Source of the DNA: Patescibacteria group bacterium
GTDB lineage: Bacteria > Patescibacteriota > Minisyncoccia > 2-02-FULL-40-12 > IGHO2-01-FULL-4-A
DNA length: 52,799 nt
Reading direction: 5' to 3'
NCBI GenBank assembly: GCA_038064915.1
Contig: JBBTSB010000011.1
Location: forward strand, 1 to 52,799
Shown here: in pieces, positions 9,251 through 17,343 of the stretch
How positions within the stretch are numbered: the first letter of the stretch is position 1
Layout of the letters: every line of letters starts with the position of its first letter
Translations under genes and position numbers: made by a program
Notes under the pieces: model-generated
The model's input: the letters and a program-made list of their open reading frames with translations, nothing else
Databases searched by the model: none
Told to the model about the DNA's origin: nothing

Positions 9251-10317
9251 CAAAACCGATTTTCCTGGATGGTCCGGAAAAGCAAAACGAATTTACGATC
9301 GTTGTCGATGACTACAAAGAACAGCTCCGTGAGCTTTTCTTTGTTCAAAATCCAACACTAACATTTCAACCGGAAAAAGCCCCGAAAAAATTGCCTGATC
9401 CGGGAGGACGATGGGTTTACTACCCGTGGCTCAACACGATCGTCCATATTTTACCCGAACAAGAGTTTTTCCTTGTGCGTACGGCACGCAATCGCAATCT
9501 GATCACCGCCGAGGAACAGGAAAAGTTCTATAACAGCACTATCGGCATCGGCGGTTTGAGCATTGGCAACAGCGTGGCGCTCGCCATTGTGCTTCAGGGC
9601 GGAGGCCAACGTATCAAACTGGCTGATTTTGACCGACTTTCACTTACCAACACAAACCGAGTACGGGCCGGCGTGCAAAATCTTGGTTTACTCAAAATTG
9701 AAATCACCGCACGGCAGATCTATGAAATGAATCCCTATGCGGTGGTTGAATGTTTTCCTGATGGACTGACACCCGAGAATTTGGATAAATTTTTTTCCGG
9801 ACTGGACGTCATGATCGATGAGCTGGACAATATCGCGATCAAGTATCTTGTGCGGGAAAAAGCGAAGCAATACCGTATTCCCGTTGTCATGGCCGCCGAT
9901 AACGGCGACAATGCCGTCGTTGACATCGAGCGCTATGACCTGGATCCTAATCTTGCGTTTTTTCACGGCCGTTTAGGAAATATAACCCATGAAGAGCTGG
10001 CGAAATTGGACAAGTTCGGCATTGGCAAAACGATCACCAAACACATCGGACCGGAAAATGTCACTGAACGGATGCAGGACTCACTTTTGGACATAGGCAA
10101 AACCATCGTCTCATGGCCTCAATTGGGCGGAGCGGCTTTGATTAATGGCGCCGCCGTTGCCTATTGCGTCCGCAAAATCGTCTGCGGCCAAGAACTCGAA
10201 TCCAACCGCGCACTCATTTCTCCTGATGCCGTTTTGATCCCCGATTTTAATACACCTGCCAGCATTACTAAACGAAAAAAAATCTCTGCCAATTTCAAAA
10301 AAATCTTTGGATTGTAG
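9235..10317 (+). CDS. ThiF-family adenylyltransferase, Rv1355c-like (no fused nitroreductase)
   Basis: WVYYPW...RTARNRNLITAEEQ, IGIGGLSIG, LADFDRLSLTNTNR, IDELD, ERYD and SWPQLG motifs. Confidence 0.85.
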   Translation: MGKKIAKPIFLDGPEKQNEFTIVVDDYKEQLRELFFVQNPTLTFQPEKAPKKLPDPGGRWVYYPWLNTIVHILPEQEFFLVRTARNRNLITAEEQEKFYNSTIGIGGLSIGNSVALAIVLQGGGQRIKLADFDRLSLTNTNRVRAGVQNLGLLKIEITARQIYEMNPYAVVECFPDGLTPENLDKFFSGLDVMIDELDNIAIKYLVREKAKQYRIPVVMAADNGDNAVVDIERYDLDPNLAFFHGRLGNITHEELAKLDKFGIGKTITKHIGPENVTERMQDSLLDIGKTIVSWPQLGGAALINGAAVAYCVRKIVCGQELESNRALISPDAVLIPDFNTPASITKRKKISANFKKIFGL

Positions 10318-10380
10318 GGGACTAAAAAGAGACCTGACCCCTTTATCTCCTTAGTCAAATTCGAGAAAACAGATATTGCG

Positions 10381-10418
10381 AAACAGGGAGAAGAAATACT
10401 ACCATTCCTTCTCCCTGT
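10381..10418 (-). terminator. Hairpin, probable terminator between convergent genes
   Basis: ACAGGGAGAAG...CTTCTCCCTGT inverted repeat followed by TT on the minus strand. Confidence 0.55.
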
Positions 10419-10427
10419 AGGAACGTG

Positions 10428-10670
10428 TTACGGAACCAGGTTGTCGATCACGTCCTCGTAATCAACCGGATCTCCATACCTAGATTGATCGGAGCTCACC
10501 GTGAGTTTCCCCTCCGGAAGACTCGGTGAAACATTCAGACCGGCAACTTCCTGCGATGCATCCCGTGAAACGTGGATGTCTTGCGACGATACTCCGCACG
10601 TGATAATCGCCCCACAGAGCTTCCTCAAATCGATACCGTCAGCGATGACAATGATACGTTTGATCTGCAT
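10428..10670 (-). CDS. Small hypothetical protein (80 aa)
   Basis: GAGGTG SD before the ATG of MQIKRIIVIADG. Confidence 0.6.
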   Translation of the reverse strand: MQIKRIIVIADGIDLRKLCGAIITCGVSSQDIHVSRDASQEVAGLNVSPSLPEGKLTVSSDQSRYGDPVDYEDVIDNLVP

Positions 10671-10700
10671 ATTCACCTCGTGGGTTGTGTACACCTGAAC

Positions 10701-10797
10701 AAAAAAACTGGCCGCCATCATAGCGACCAGCTCGAGTTGTCTTTTGAAATTTGATTAACGCAAACGCCAAGACGAGCTGACCACCATGATCAACTCC
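10701..10797 (-). promoter_or_regulatory. Putative transcription attenuator (anti-antiterminator / antiterminator / terminator)
   Basis: Terminator CTGGTCGCTATGATGGCGGCCAG+T7 at 10701-10730. An alternative 18-bp helix pairs 10773-10790 with 10717-10734. A competing upstream hairpin GAGTTGATCA/TGGTCAGCTC is present. Confidence 0.7.
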
Positions 10798-10838
10798 GGC
10801 TGAGGCATATTAGATGCAGTGCGAAAACTTCCTAGCAT
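10755..10838 (-). CDS. Putative leaderless leader peptide MLGSFRTASNMPQPELIMVVSSSWRLR
   Basis: ATG lies 7 nt downstream of a -10 box; the ORF spans the attenuator helices. Confidence 0.45.
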   Translation of the reverse strand: MLGSFRTASNMPQPELIMVVSSSWRLR

Positions 10839-10845
10839 GACAGCA

Positions 10846-10874
10846 ATACTACATTGAGTGTCCTTGAAAGTCAA
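10846..10874 (-). promoter_or_regulatory. Sigma70-type promoter
   Basis: TTGACT-N17-TAGTAT on the minus strand. Confidence 0.65.
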
Positions 10875-10988
10875 TGCCCTACGTACCATTGCCACCAACC
10901 CAATTCCGATGTATAGCTTCTTATTCATAAAAAATTGATCTTGTCTACTGAGTATACCGTAGAATTTATCATGTTGTTTGTCAAATGA

Positions 10989-11213
10989 TCAATATATTTT
11001 TACAATCTCAATAATAAAGCTACGATCTCTTATCCTTTGCTTTATTGTATCCCCCTCCTTTGCTCCGAGAATAAATTGTATAAGTGGAGCATCAGCCGAG
11101 ACTTTTTTGTTTTCTATATCCACCTTGCCCGATAGCACAACCTCCCATGTCTGCGGAATACCGTTGACTATCATTTCGACGCGCGAACCAATAGTGATAC
11201 TTTGAGCTTTCAT
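10989..11213 (-). CDS. Stand-alone GreA/GreB C-terminal-like domain protein
   Basis: ITIGSRV...VSADAPLIQFILGAKEGD...IEIVKI matches the Gre C-terminal domain; no N-terminal coiled coil. Confidence 0.7.
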   Translation of the reverse strand: MKAQSITIGSRVEMIVNGIPQTWEVVLSGKVDIENKKVSADAPLIQFILGAKEGDTIKQRIRDRSFIIEIVKIY

Positions 11214-11219
11214 CCATCA

Positions 11220-11271
11220 ATGCTAGCCGTGAATAGTTTGTTGTCAATAACTGACAGTAAAATAGTGCTTG
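11220..11271 (-). promoter_or_regulatory. Promoter/operator copy 1
   Basis: TTGACA-N16-TAGCAT on the minus strand with a TGTCA-N5-TGACA palindrome over the -35; homologous to 13420-13472. Confidence 0.6.
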
Positions 11272-11339
11272 ATGCCAGATTTATATTGATGTTTGTTGAT
11301 GAGATGCGACAACAAAAGACATCTGGACTTCTTTAAACA

Positions 11340-12617
11340 TCAGGAAAACGATAAACAAAGGAGTATTGTTTTCATTTCTTCGGGAGTCATGCCGCCGTGA
11401 TGTCCGTAATATTTGATTTCGAACTTGTCCTTTTCATACCACCAAACTGATTCATTGTTGTAAGGCAAAATCGCGAGGTTCCCAATACGATCAAGAAACA
11501 CTTTCGACGGCTCGCCAAGACCGAAAAACTTCTGCTTGATCAAGTCATCAACATAGTAAACTTCCGCTTTGCAAGCCAAAGAGTTTCGAAGAAACGTATG
11601 CGCTCGCGAAAGATATTCTTCTCGCACGTGCAGAATCATGTTTCTGCAAGAACCTGCGGGGACTAGAAGTTCTCCTTTTTTGTTCGTCTTTAGCCATTCC
11701 GCAACCTGCGGAAAACGCTGATTGAGGTATATCGTAGTCTTTGGATTAATGGATGCATGCCCATGATCGGCAGTAATCATGCAAAGCGTATTCTTTAATT
11801 TCCCTTTTAGCTTGTTGAGAAAAAATCGCTCCATTGAATAAAAGAAAGCATCAACCTCAGCCGCAAATTGAGGCGAATCGGGACCGTATTGATGGGCAAT
11901 TTTGTCTATCGTATCAAAGTATGCAACGTAGTATGATTTTCTATGATTGGTGATCAATAAATCGCTGAGGTTGGTGAGGGCTTCCGGGATCGTAGCGTAC
12001 GGAATGTTGGTACCTCCTCGAGTCATAATTTTCGTGTATGGAGATTGTGCATACTCGACATAGCTGAAGATAAAAGAGTCAATATTTTTCTCGCGAAGCC
12101 CTGCATAAAGTGTCTGCTGCGGGAAAAGGTCTTTCGGATCAATACCCGTTGATTGCAAATTGCCACGTTCTTTTTTCCCCGCAAAAGAAAAAAGCAAGGG
12201 GGCTATGATGGCATCAACCTTTGGTTCGTAATAAAACCACTCATATACTCCGCCTTCGCCAACCGGCAATCCTGTATGAATTGTCGTCATTTCAGAGGCT
12301 GTCGTCGAGGGATATTGGGTTGTCAGCTGTGAAACAACCCCGTTTTTTACTATGTATCTTAAAAATGGATATTTTTCGCTATACCTCTCAAAAAATTGCC
12401 ATCCAAAACCGTCAATGACGAACAAAACTATTTTTTCATATCTAGATGGCAAGGAACCGAGTACTTCTTTAGGAAGCAGAGATTTTTTTTCATCAAAAAA
12501 GATATCCTGTATTGTTCGCGGGATATTGGAAAAACAGTAGGAATCGTAGAGGGGCCTGATAAACAATTTGGAAAACTTTGCACCCTCGATGGTTTCCAAT
12601 GAATGTCGATTGATCAT
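11340..12617 (-). CDS. Alkaline phosphatase superfamily protein (nucleotide pyrophosphatase/phosphodiesterase-like)
   Basis: LFVIDGFG, PSTT, DKIAHQYGP, ITADHGH and GHHGG metal-site motifs. Confidence 0.85.
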   Translation of the reverse strand: MINRHSLETIEGAKFSKLFIRPLYDSYCFSNIPRTIQDIFFDEKKSLLPKEVLGSLPSRYEKIVLFVIDGFGWQFFERYSEKYPFLRYIVKNGVVSQLTTQYPSTTASEMTTIHTGLPVGEGGVYEWFYYEPKVDAIIAPLLFSFAGKKERGNLQSTGIDPKDLFPQQTLYAGLREKNIDSFIFSYVEYAQSPYTKIMTRGGTNIPYATIPEALTNLSDLLITNHRKSYYVAYFDTIDKIAHQYGPDSPQFAAEVDAFFYSMERFFLNKLKGKLKNTLCMITADHGHASINPKTTIYLNQRFPQVAEWLKTNKKGELLVPAGSCRNMILHVREEYLSRAHTFLRNSLACKAEVYYVDDLIKQKFFGLGEPSKVFLDRIGNLAILPYNNESVWWYEKDKFEIKYYGHHGGMTPEEMKTILLCLSFS

Positions 12618-12662
12618 ATTTTATATTGTATATCAAATAACTAGCCCAACCAAGCGATTGGG

Positions 12663-13388
12663 CTATGAGGTACTGCATGCTACTGCCAGTGACTTTTGAA
12701 GGTCTGACGGGTAGCCGAGATGTATCCAGGACGCATCGTAATAATTGCCGGAGATCGGCCTCTTATCGTGAATCGCGTCCATGAAAACGTATCCTATGCT
12801 TTTGCCTGGATGAGGATATCGCTCGATGATATCGAAGATTCGCTCATCGCTTGACCAAATCGTCATATCTCTTAGACAATTTGACGGCAGGGCTTGCGGA
12901 GGTGGCCACTGAAGATTTACCGCGCGTGATTGATTGATGTAACCAATACCGTGCGTATCAACCGTATCTACATCTGGGGACAGTGTTATTGCGGCGTCTG
13001 CTTCGTCTTTAGCCAATACTCGCATCACACTGCCGTACACGTGCGGCATGGCAACAATATCGCCCGGCATTGCCACAAACGGCCCGTGCACAAATGGTCT
13101 TAGATCTCGGTATATTCCCCACCCCTCTGTTCCAAGAATATGAGGAACATATGTAACCGAAACGGTCCGTGGCTTATTGCGGTCAATGAAATCGACTACA
13201 TCGTTTGCCCTATAGGCAACACCAACAATGAGGTCAACCGATCCAAATTCACTCACGAGCGCTTTCATGATATGAAAAATGACCGGCTGTTCATCTATGG
13301 GAAGGAGACACTTTTGAGTTGACTGCGTTATGGAACCCATTCGACATCCCCTGCCACCCGCCAAAACCACTGCAGTGATGGTACGCAT
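12663..13388 (-). CDS. Sugar-phosphate nucleotidyltransferase family protein
   Basis: AVVLAGGRGCRM...QKCLLPI...PGD motifs. Confidence 0.8.
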   Translation of the reverse strand: MRTITAVVLAGGRGCRMGSITQSTQKCLLPIDEQPVIFHIMKALVSEFGSVDLIVGVAYRANDVVDFIDRNKPRTVSVTYVPHILGTEGWGIYRDLRPFVHGPFVAMPGDIVAMPHVYGSVMRVLAKDEADAAITLSPDVDTVDTHGIGYINQSRAVNLQWPPPQALPSNCLRDMTIWSSDERIFDIIERYPHPGKSIGYVFMDAIHDKRPISGNYYDASWIHLGYPSDLQKSLAVACSTS

Positions 13389-13419
13389 CTTACCTCCTGT
13401 AAAGGTACTAGTTTACCTT

Positions 13420-13472
13420 ATGCTAGCGGTGGATATTTTGTCGTCAATAATTGACAACAAATGAGTGGCTTA
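13420..13472. promoter_or_regulatory. Promoter/operator copy 2, between the divergent NTP transferase and TrmB genes
   Basis: TTGACG-N16-TAGCAT on the minus strand with a GTCAA-TAA-TTGAC palindrome. Confidence 0.6.
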
Positions 13473-13520
13473 CGATCTTGCTTTTATGTGGACTTGTTGG
13501 TAGCATGTAACAACAGACTC

Positions 13521-14303
13521 ATGGCGATCGATATCCTACTCAAAAGACTTCGGGATTTTGGCCTTTCCGAAAAAGAAGCGCGGATCTACATGGCGCTTCT
13601 TGAACTTGAGATTGCTACGGTCTATCAGGTTTCCCGACATTCCGGCGTCAATCGCAGTTCCGCCTACGTAGTTTTGGAAGCTCTAAAGAAGAAGAGTTTT
13701 GTGGGAATCTCCAACGATAAAACGGTCCGCCGATATGTTGCAGCTTCTCCAGATACTTTGCTCTATACTGCTCAAACCACGGTTGAAAAGCAGGAAAACA
13801 TTCGCACCGGCATTGAATCCATCATTCCTGAACTAAAAGCTCTCTACAAAGGCACCAAACGCAAACCGGTTATTAAAATGTTTGAGGGTCCGGCTGGAAT
13901 CAGAGAGATTTTTAGCGACCTTCTCAAAGACAAGACAACATCAGATCTAAAAACGTATGCTGATGCTAGTAAGATGTCTAAATATCTGCCTGGATTTGAA
14001 GAATTTGACTCTATGCGCGCAGCAAGAGGAATAAAAATGTTCGCAATAAATCCCGCAACAAATGAAATGAGGGATTACGCCAATAAACACAAACTCCATA
14101 AAGGAGATCAGGCAATCATCATTCCAAAAGAAAATTTCAATTTCCCAGTTCATATGGGAATCTACGGTAACCGAGTTGCTTTTATATCGATGAGAGGGGA
14201 TTTTGGAATTATCATTGAAAGCAAAGATATAGCAGATAGCATGCGAAATAGCTTTGATTTATCCTGGAAAGCTGTAAAAGAATTTGGCATGGTTATTAAA
14301 TAA
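13521..14303 (+). CDS. TrmB-family transcriptional regulator
   Basis: GLSEKEARIYMALLE...RSSAYVVLEAL wHTH; FEGPAGI; IYGNRVAFIS...IIIES...FDLSW C-terminal domain. Confidence 0.88.
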   Translation: MAIDILLKRLRDFGLSEKEARIYMALLELEIATVYQVSRHSGVNRSSAYVVLEALKKKSFVGISNDKTVRRYVAASPDTLLYTAQTTVEKQENIRTGIESIIPELKALYKGTKRKPVIKMFEGPAGIREIFSDLLKDKTTSDLKTYADASKMSKYLPGFEEFDSMRAARGIKMFAINPATNEMRDYANKHKLHKGDQAIIIPKENFNFPVHMGIYGNRVAFISMRGDFGIIIESKDIADSMRNSFDLSWKAVKEFGMVIK

Positions 14304-14356
14304 AACTAGCTTGATGACCTGGTTTACATGATGATATTTATGGTATAATAACAGCT

Positions 14357-15358
14357 ATGAAAGAGAATTATTCCGCTTGGAATATAAATATTAGTGAGTA
14401 TGGTAAGCTATCGAATGTAGCTCAAAAAACGGAATTTATTGCTAGGTATGGGGTTTTAGCGCCATCGAGTCATAATAGTCAACCTTGGAATATAAGAGTA
14501 AGCGGTGATAAAACTATACTTGTAAGTCCAGATTACTCTCGCGCGTTGCCAGTGGCTGATAGCAACAACAGACAATTCACAGAAAGTTTGGGATGCTGTG
14601 TCCAATATGTAATCCTGGCAGCCGAGGCACTAGGAATCAAAACACATCTAGTTTTTGATCCAAAAACCCTGGTATCTACAATCTCTCTAGATTTTAATCA
14701 ATCTCAGGATATAAATAAAACACTACTCGAGGCTTTAATTTCCCGACATACCAATAGATATGATTATATAGATAAGAAGCTACCAGACGATTTTCTAGAA
14801 TGGGCTAAATCTTTGAGCACTGAGAGTCTATCAGTAAAGTTGGTTTTGGGTAAACAACTTATAGCTGAGTTTGGCAGACTAGCCGTTTTATCGGAGATCG
14901 AGGCAATGGAAAGTAAATCTTTTAGAGAGGAACTTTCGCATTACATAAAGTCAAACTACACAAATTCTTATTTTGGGATGCCAGGATTTGGTATGGGACT
15001 CCCTGGCATAGTATCTCTTTTTGTGCCATTCTTAATCAGAAAAAAGAATCTTGCCAAATTGAATGAAAAGAATGATCTGAAAAAATTTGTGGGAAATACG
15101 TCTGCTTTTCTTATAATATCAAGCAACAACGACACTCCTGACGATTGGTTTAAAGTTGGTAGACTTTTCACAAAAATAGCAGTTGAAGCCACACGCCTAG
15201 GAATTGTTACTAACCCTGCCGCTGCCACAATACAAATTGGCAACAATTACAAAACAATTCAGAATTTATTAAGAATGTCCCAACGGCCACAATTTTTCTG
15301 TCGGATTGGTTTCGCAAATAAAAATATGCCTCATAGCCCAAGAAGGCCAATACATTAA
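14357..15358 (+). CDS. Acg-like nitroreductase-fold (FMN-binding) protein
   Basis: LAPSSHNSQPW, RHTNR, RIGF...SPRRP motifs; TATAAT lies 7 nt upstream of the ATG. Confidence 0.82.
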   Translation: MKENYSAWNINISEYGKLSNVAQKTEFIARYGVLAPSSHNSQPWNIRVSGDKTILVSPDYSRALPVADSNNRQFTESLGCCVQYVILAAEALGIKTHLVFDPKTLVSTISLDFNQSQDINKTLLEALISRHTNRYDYIDKKLPDDFLEWAKSLSTESLSVKLVLGKQLIAEFGRLAVLSEIEAMESKSFREELSHYIKSNYTNSYFGMPGFGMGLPGIVSLFVPFLIRKKNLAKLNEKNDLKKFVGNTSAFLIISSNNDTPDDWFKVGRLFTKIAVEATRLGIVTNPAAATIQIGNNYKTIQNLLRMSQRPQFFCRIGFANKNMPHSPRRPIH

Positions 15359-16966
15359 ATGTCTTTTTCTACTCTTAATATTGATTTTCTAACAGTTGGA
15401 ATTGCAATTGCTGCAAACATAATTTTAGGTTTCGTTATTTTCTTTGGGGATAGTAAAAGTCATACAAATCGTCTTTTCTTTATTCAAACGATTGTTCTTT
15501 CAGTTTGGAGCTCTGTTAATTATTTGTCATACAAGATTACAGATCCCGATTATGCCTTATTGTTAGTAAGATCGGTTTTATTTTTTGCAGTTCCGAACTC
15601 AATTACTTTCCTATTCCTTGTATATACTTTTCCGGATAAAACAATCTCAGCGAAACCCTCGCTGGTAAAATCAGTCATTGTTTTAACGGTTATTACGATG
15701 CTTCTAACTCTTACACCTTTTGTTTTTTCTGGTGTTAAGTTTGTATCTGGAGAAGCTCCTCAACCTATTGTAGCGCCCGGAATCATACTTTTTATGTTGG
15801 TTGCAGTTTTGAGCATTCCAATATCGCTGTTTATACTTATCAAAAAATTTCTTAAAGCTGATAAGGAGGGTCGTGCACCTCTAAAAATATTATTAATAGG
15901 GGTTATAATAATGTTTGCTTCCATAATTGTTTTTGACTTTATTCTTCCAACCGTATTTCAAAATACAAGATTCATTCCATTGAGTGCTGTATTTACTTTT
16001 CCTTTTGTTGCTTTCACAGCCTACGCTATTACTAAACACCACTTGCTAAATATAAAGGTCATCACCACCGAAATTCTTACTTTTGTTTTAGCGATTGTTT
16101 CTCTAGTTGAGGTCGTGGTTGCAAAAGATATCTTTACCATCATTTTTCGCTCTGGAGTTTTTGTTTTAATACTGATATTCGGTATTCTACTCATTAAATC
16201 CGTGATACGCGAGGTAAAGTTGCGCGAGGAACTTCAGGTGCTAAATGAAAAACTTAAAATTGCTGATCGCATGAAGTCGCAGTTTTTGTCGTTCGCTTCC
16301 CATCAGGTCAAATCCCCCATGTCCGTGGTCAAGGACTACGCCGAGCTCATAGAGGACGGAAGCTATGGGGCCGTACCGGATAAAGTGAAAGAAACGGCTG
16401 AAAAAATCAAAACAGTTGCCAACCGGCTCCTTGAACTGGTGAGCAACCTTCTCGATCTCCGAAAACTGGAAGAAGGAAAAATCGAGTATCAGTATGAACG
16501 CATCGATCTGAATGCACTCATAAAAAACATCGTGGACGAACTCACGAATGTCGCACAGCAAAAACATCTCGAACTGTCTGCCGAACTTCCTCCCGGTCCG
16601 CTCATGATCACTATTGATAAAGAAAAAATTCGCCAGGTGATACAGAACCTCATCGATAATGCCATTAAGTACACAGAACAAGGAACGATCCGAGTGACGT
16701 TACACGCTACACGAGACACGATACGGATCGGCGTAGCCGATACTGGGATGGGCATCCCGCAGGATCTGATCCCCAAGCTTTTCGAGCAGTTTGAGCGTGG
16801 AAGCGACACCGCAAAGAAAATCCAGGGCACGGGACTGGGCCTGTATATCGCGAAGCAGTTTATTGAGGTTCACAAGGGAAATATATGGGCGGAGTCTCCC
16901 GGCCCTGGCAAGGGCAGTACCTTCATGATAGAATTACCCTATGGCAACACGAATTCTCATAATTGA
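15359..16966 (+). CDS. Sensor histidine kinase with N-terminal multi-TM (HisKA_7TM-like) input domain
   Basis: About 9 hydrophobic segments, AYAITKHHL, H-box FASHQVKSP, N-box NLIDNAIKY, DTGMG and GTGLGL. Confidence 0.92.
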   Translation: MSFSTLNIDFLTVGIAIAANIILGFVIFFGDSKSHTNRLFFIQTIVLSVWSSVNYLSYKITDPDYALLLVRSVLFFAVPNSITFLFLVYTFPDKTISAKPSLVKSVIVLTVITMLLTLTPFVFSGVKFVSGEAPQPIVAPGIILFMLVAVLSIPISLFILIKKFLKADKEGRAPLKILLIGVIIMFASIIVFDFILPTVFQNTRFIPLSAVFTFPFVAFTAYAITKHHLLNIKVITTEILTFVLAIVSLVEVVVAKDIFTIIFRSGVFVLILIFGILLIKSVIREVKLREELQVLNEKLKIADRMKSQFLSFASHQVKSPMSVVKDYAELIEDGSYGAVPDKVKETAEKIKTVANRLLELVSNLLDLRKLEEGKIEYQYERIDLNALIKNIVDELTNVAQQKHLELSAELPPGPLMITIDKEKIRQVIQNLIDNAIKYTEQGTIRVTLHATRDTIRIGVADTGMGIPQDLIPKLFEQFERGSDTAKKIQGTGLGLYIAKQFIEVHKGNIWAESPGPGKGSTFMIELPYGNTNSHN

Positions 16967-17324
16967 CGATAACAAGGACTTCCTCGATATTTTTTCCCTC
17001 AAACTCACGTCGGCAGGTTTTGAGGTTACCACTGCGCAAAGCGGCAAGGAAGGAATAGAATTGGCAAAGAAAATCAGGCCGGATTTAGTGCTTTTGGATG
17101 TGGAAATGCCAGATATGAACGGAGTTGAAACACTGACAAAGCTAAAAGAGGATCAGAATACGGCAGCATTGAGGGTTGCGTTCCTCACCAATTACGGTGA
17201 ACCCCAAAAGGAAATCAGTTGGACCGATGAAAAATTTGCTCGTGAAGCCGGCGCTGTGGACTACATCAAAAAGAGTGAAGATCTCTCGGAGATTGTGGAT
17301 GAAGTAAAGAAGATTCTCAAATAA
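16941..17324 (+). CDS. Single-domain response regulator (receiver)
   Basis: ILIIDD, PDLVLLDVEMP, FLT and YIKK motifs. Confidence 0.92.
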   Translation: MATRILIIDDNKDFLDIFSLKLTSAGFEVTTAQSGKEGIELAKKIRPDLVLLDVEMPDMNGVETLTKLKEDQNTAALRVAFLTNYGEPQKEISWTDEKFAREAGAVDYIKKSEDLSEIVDEVKKILK

Positions 17325-17343
17325 CTGTGGTATACTAGTAGGG

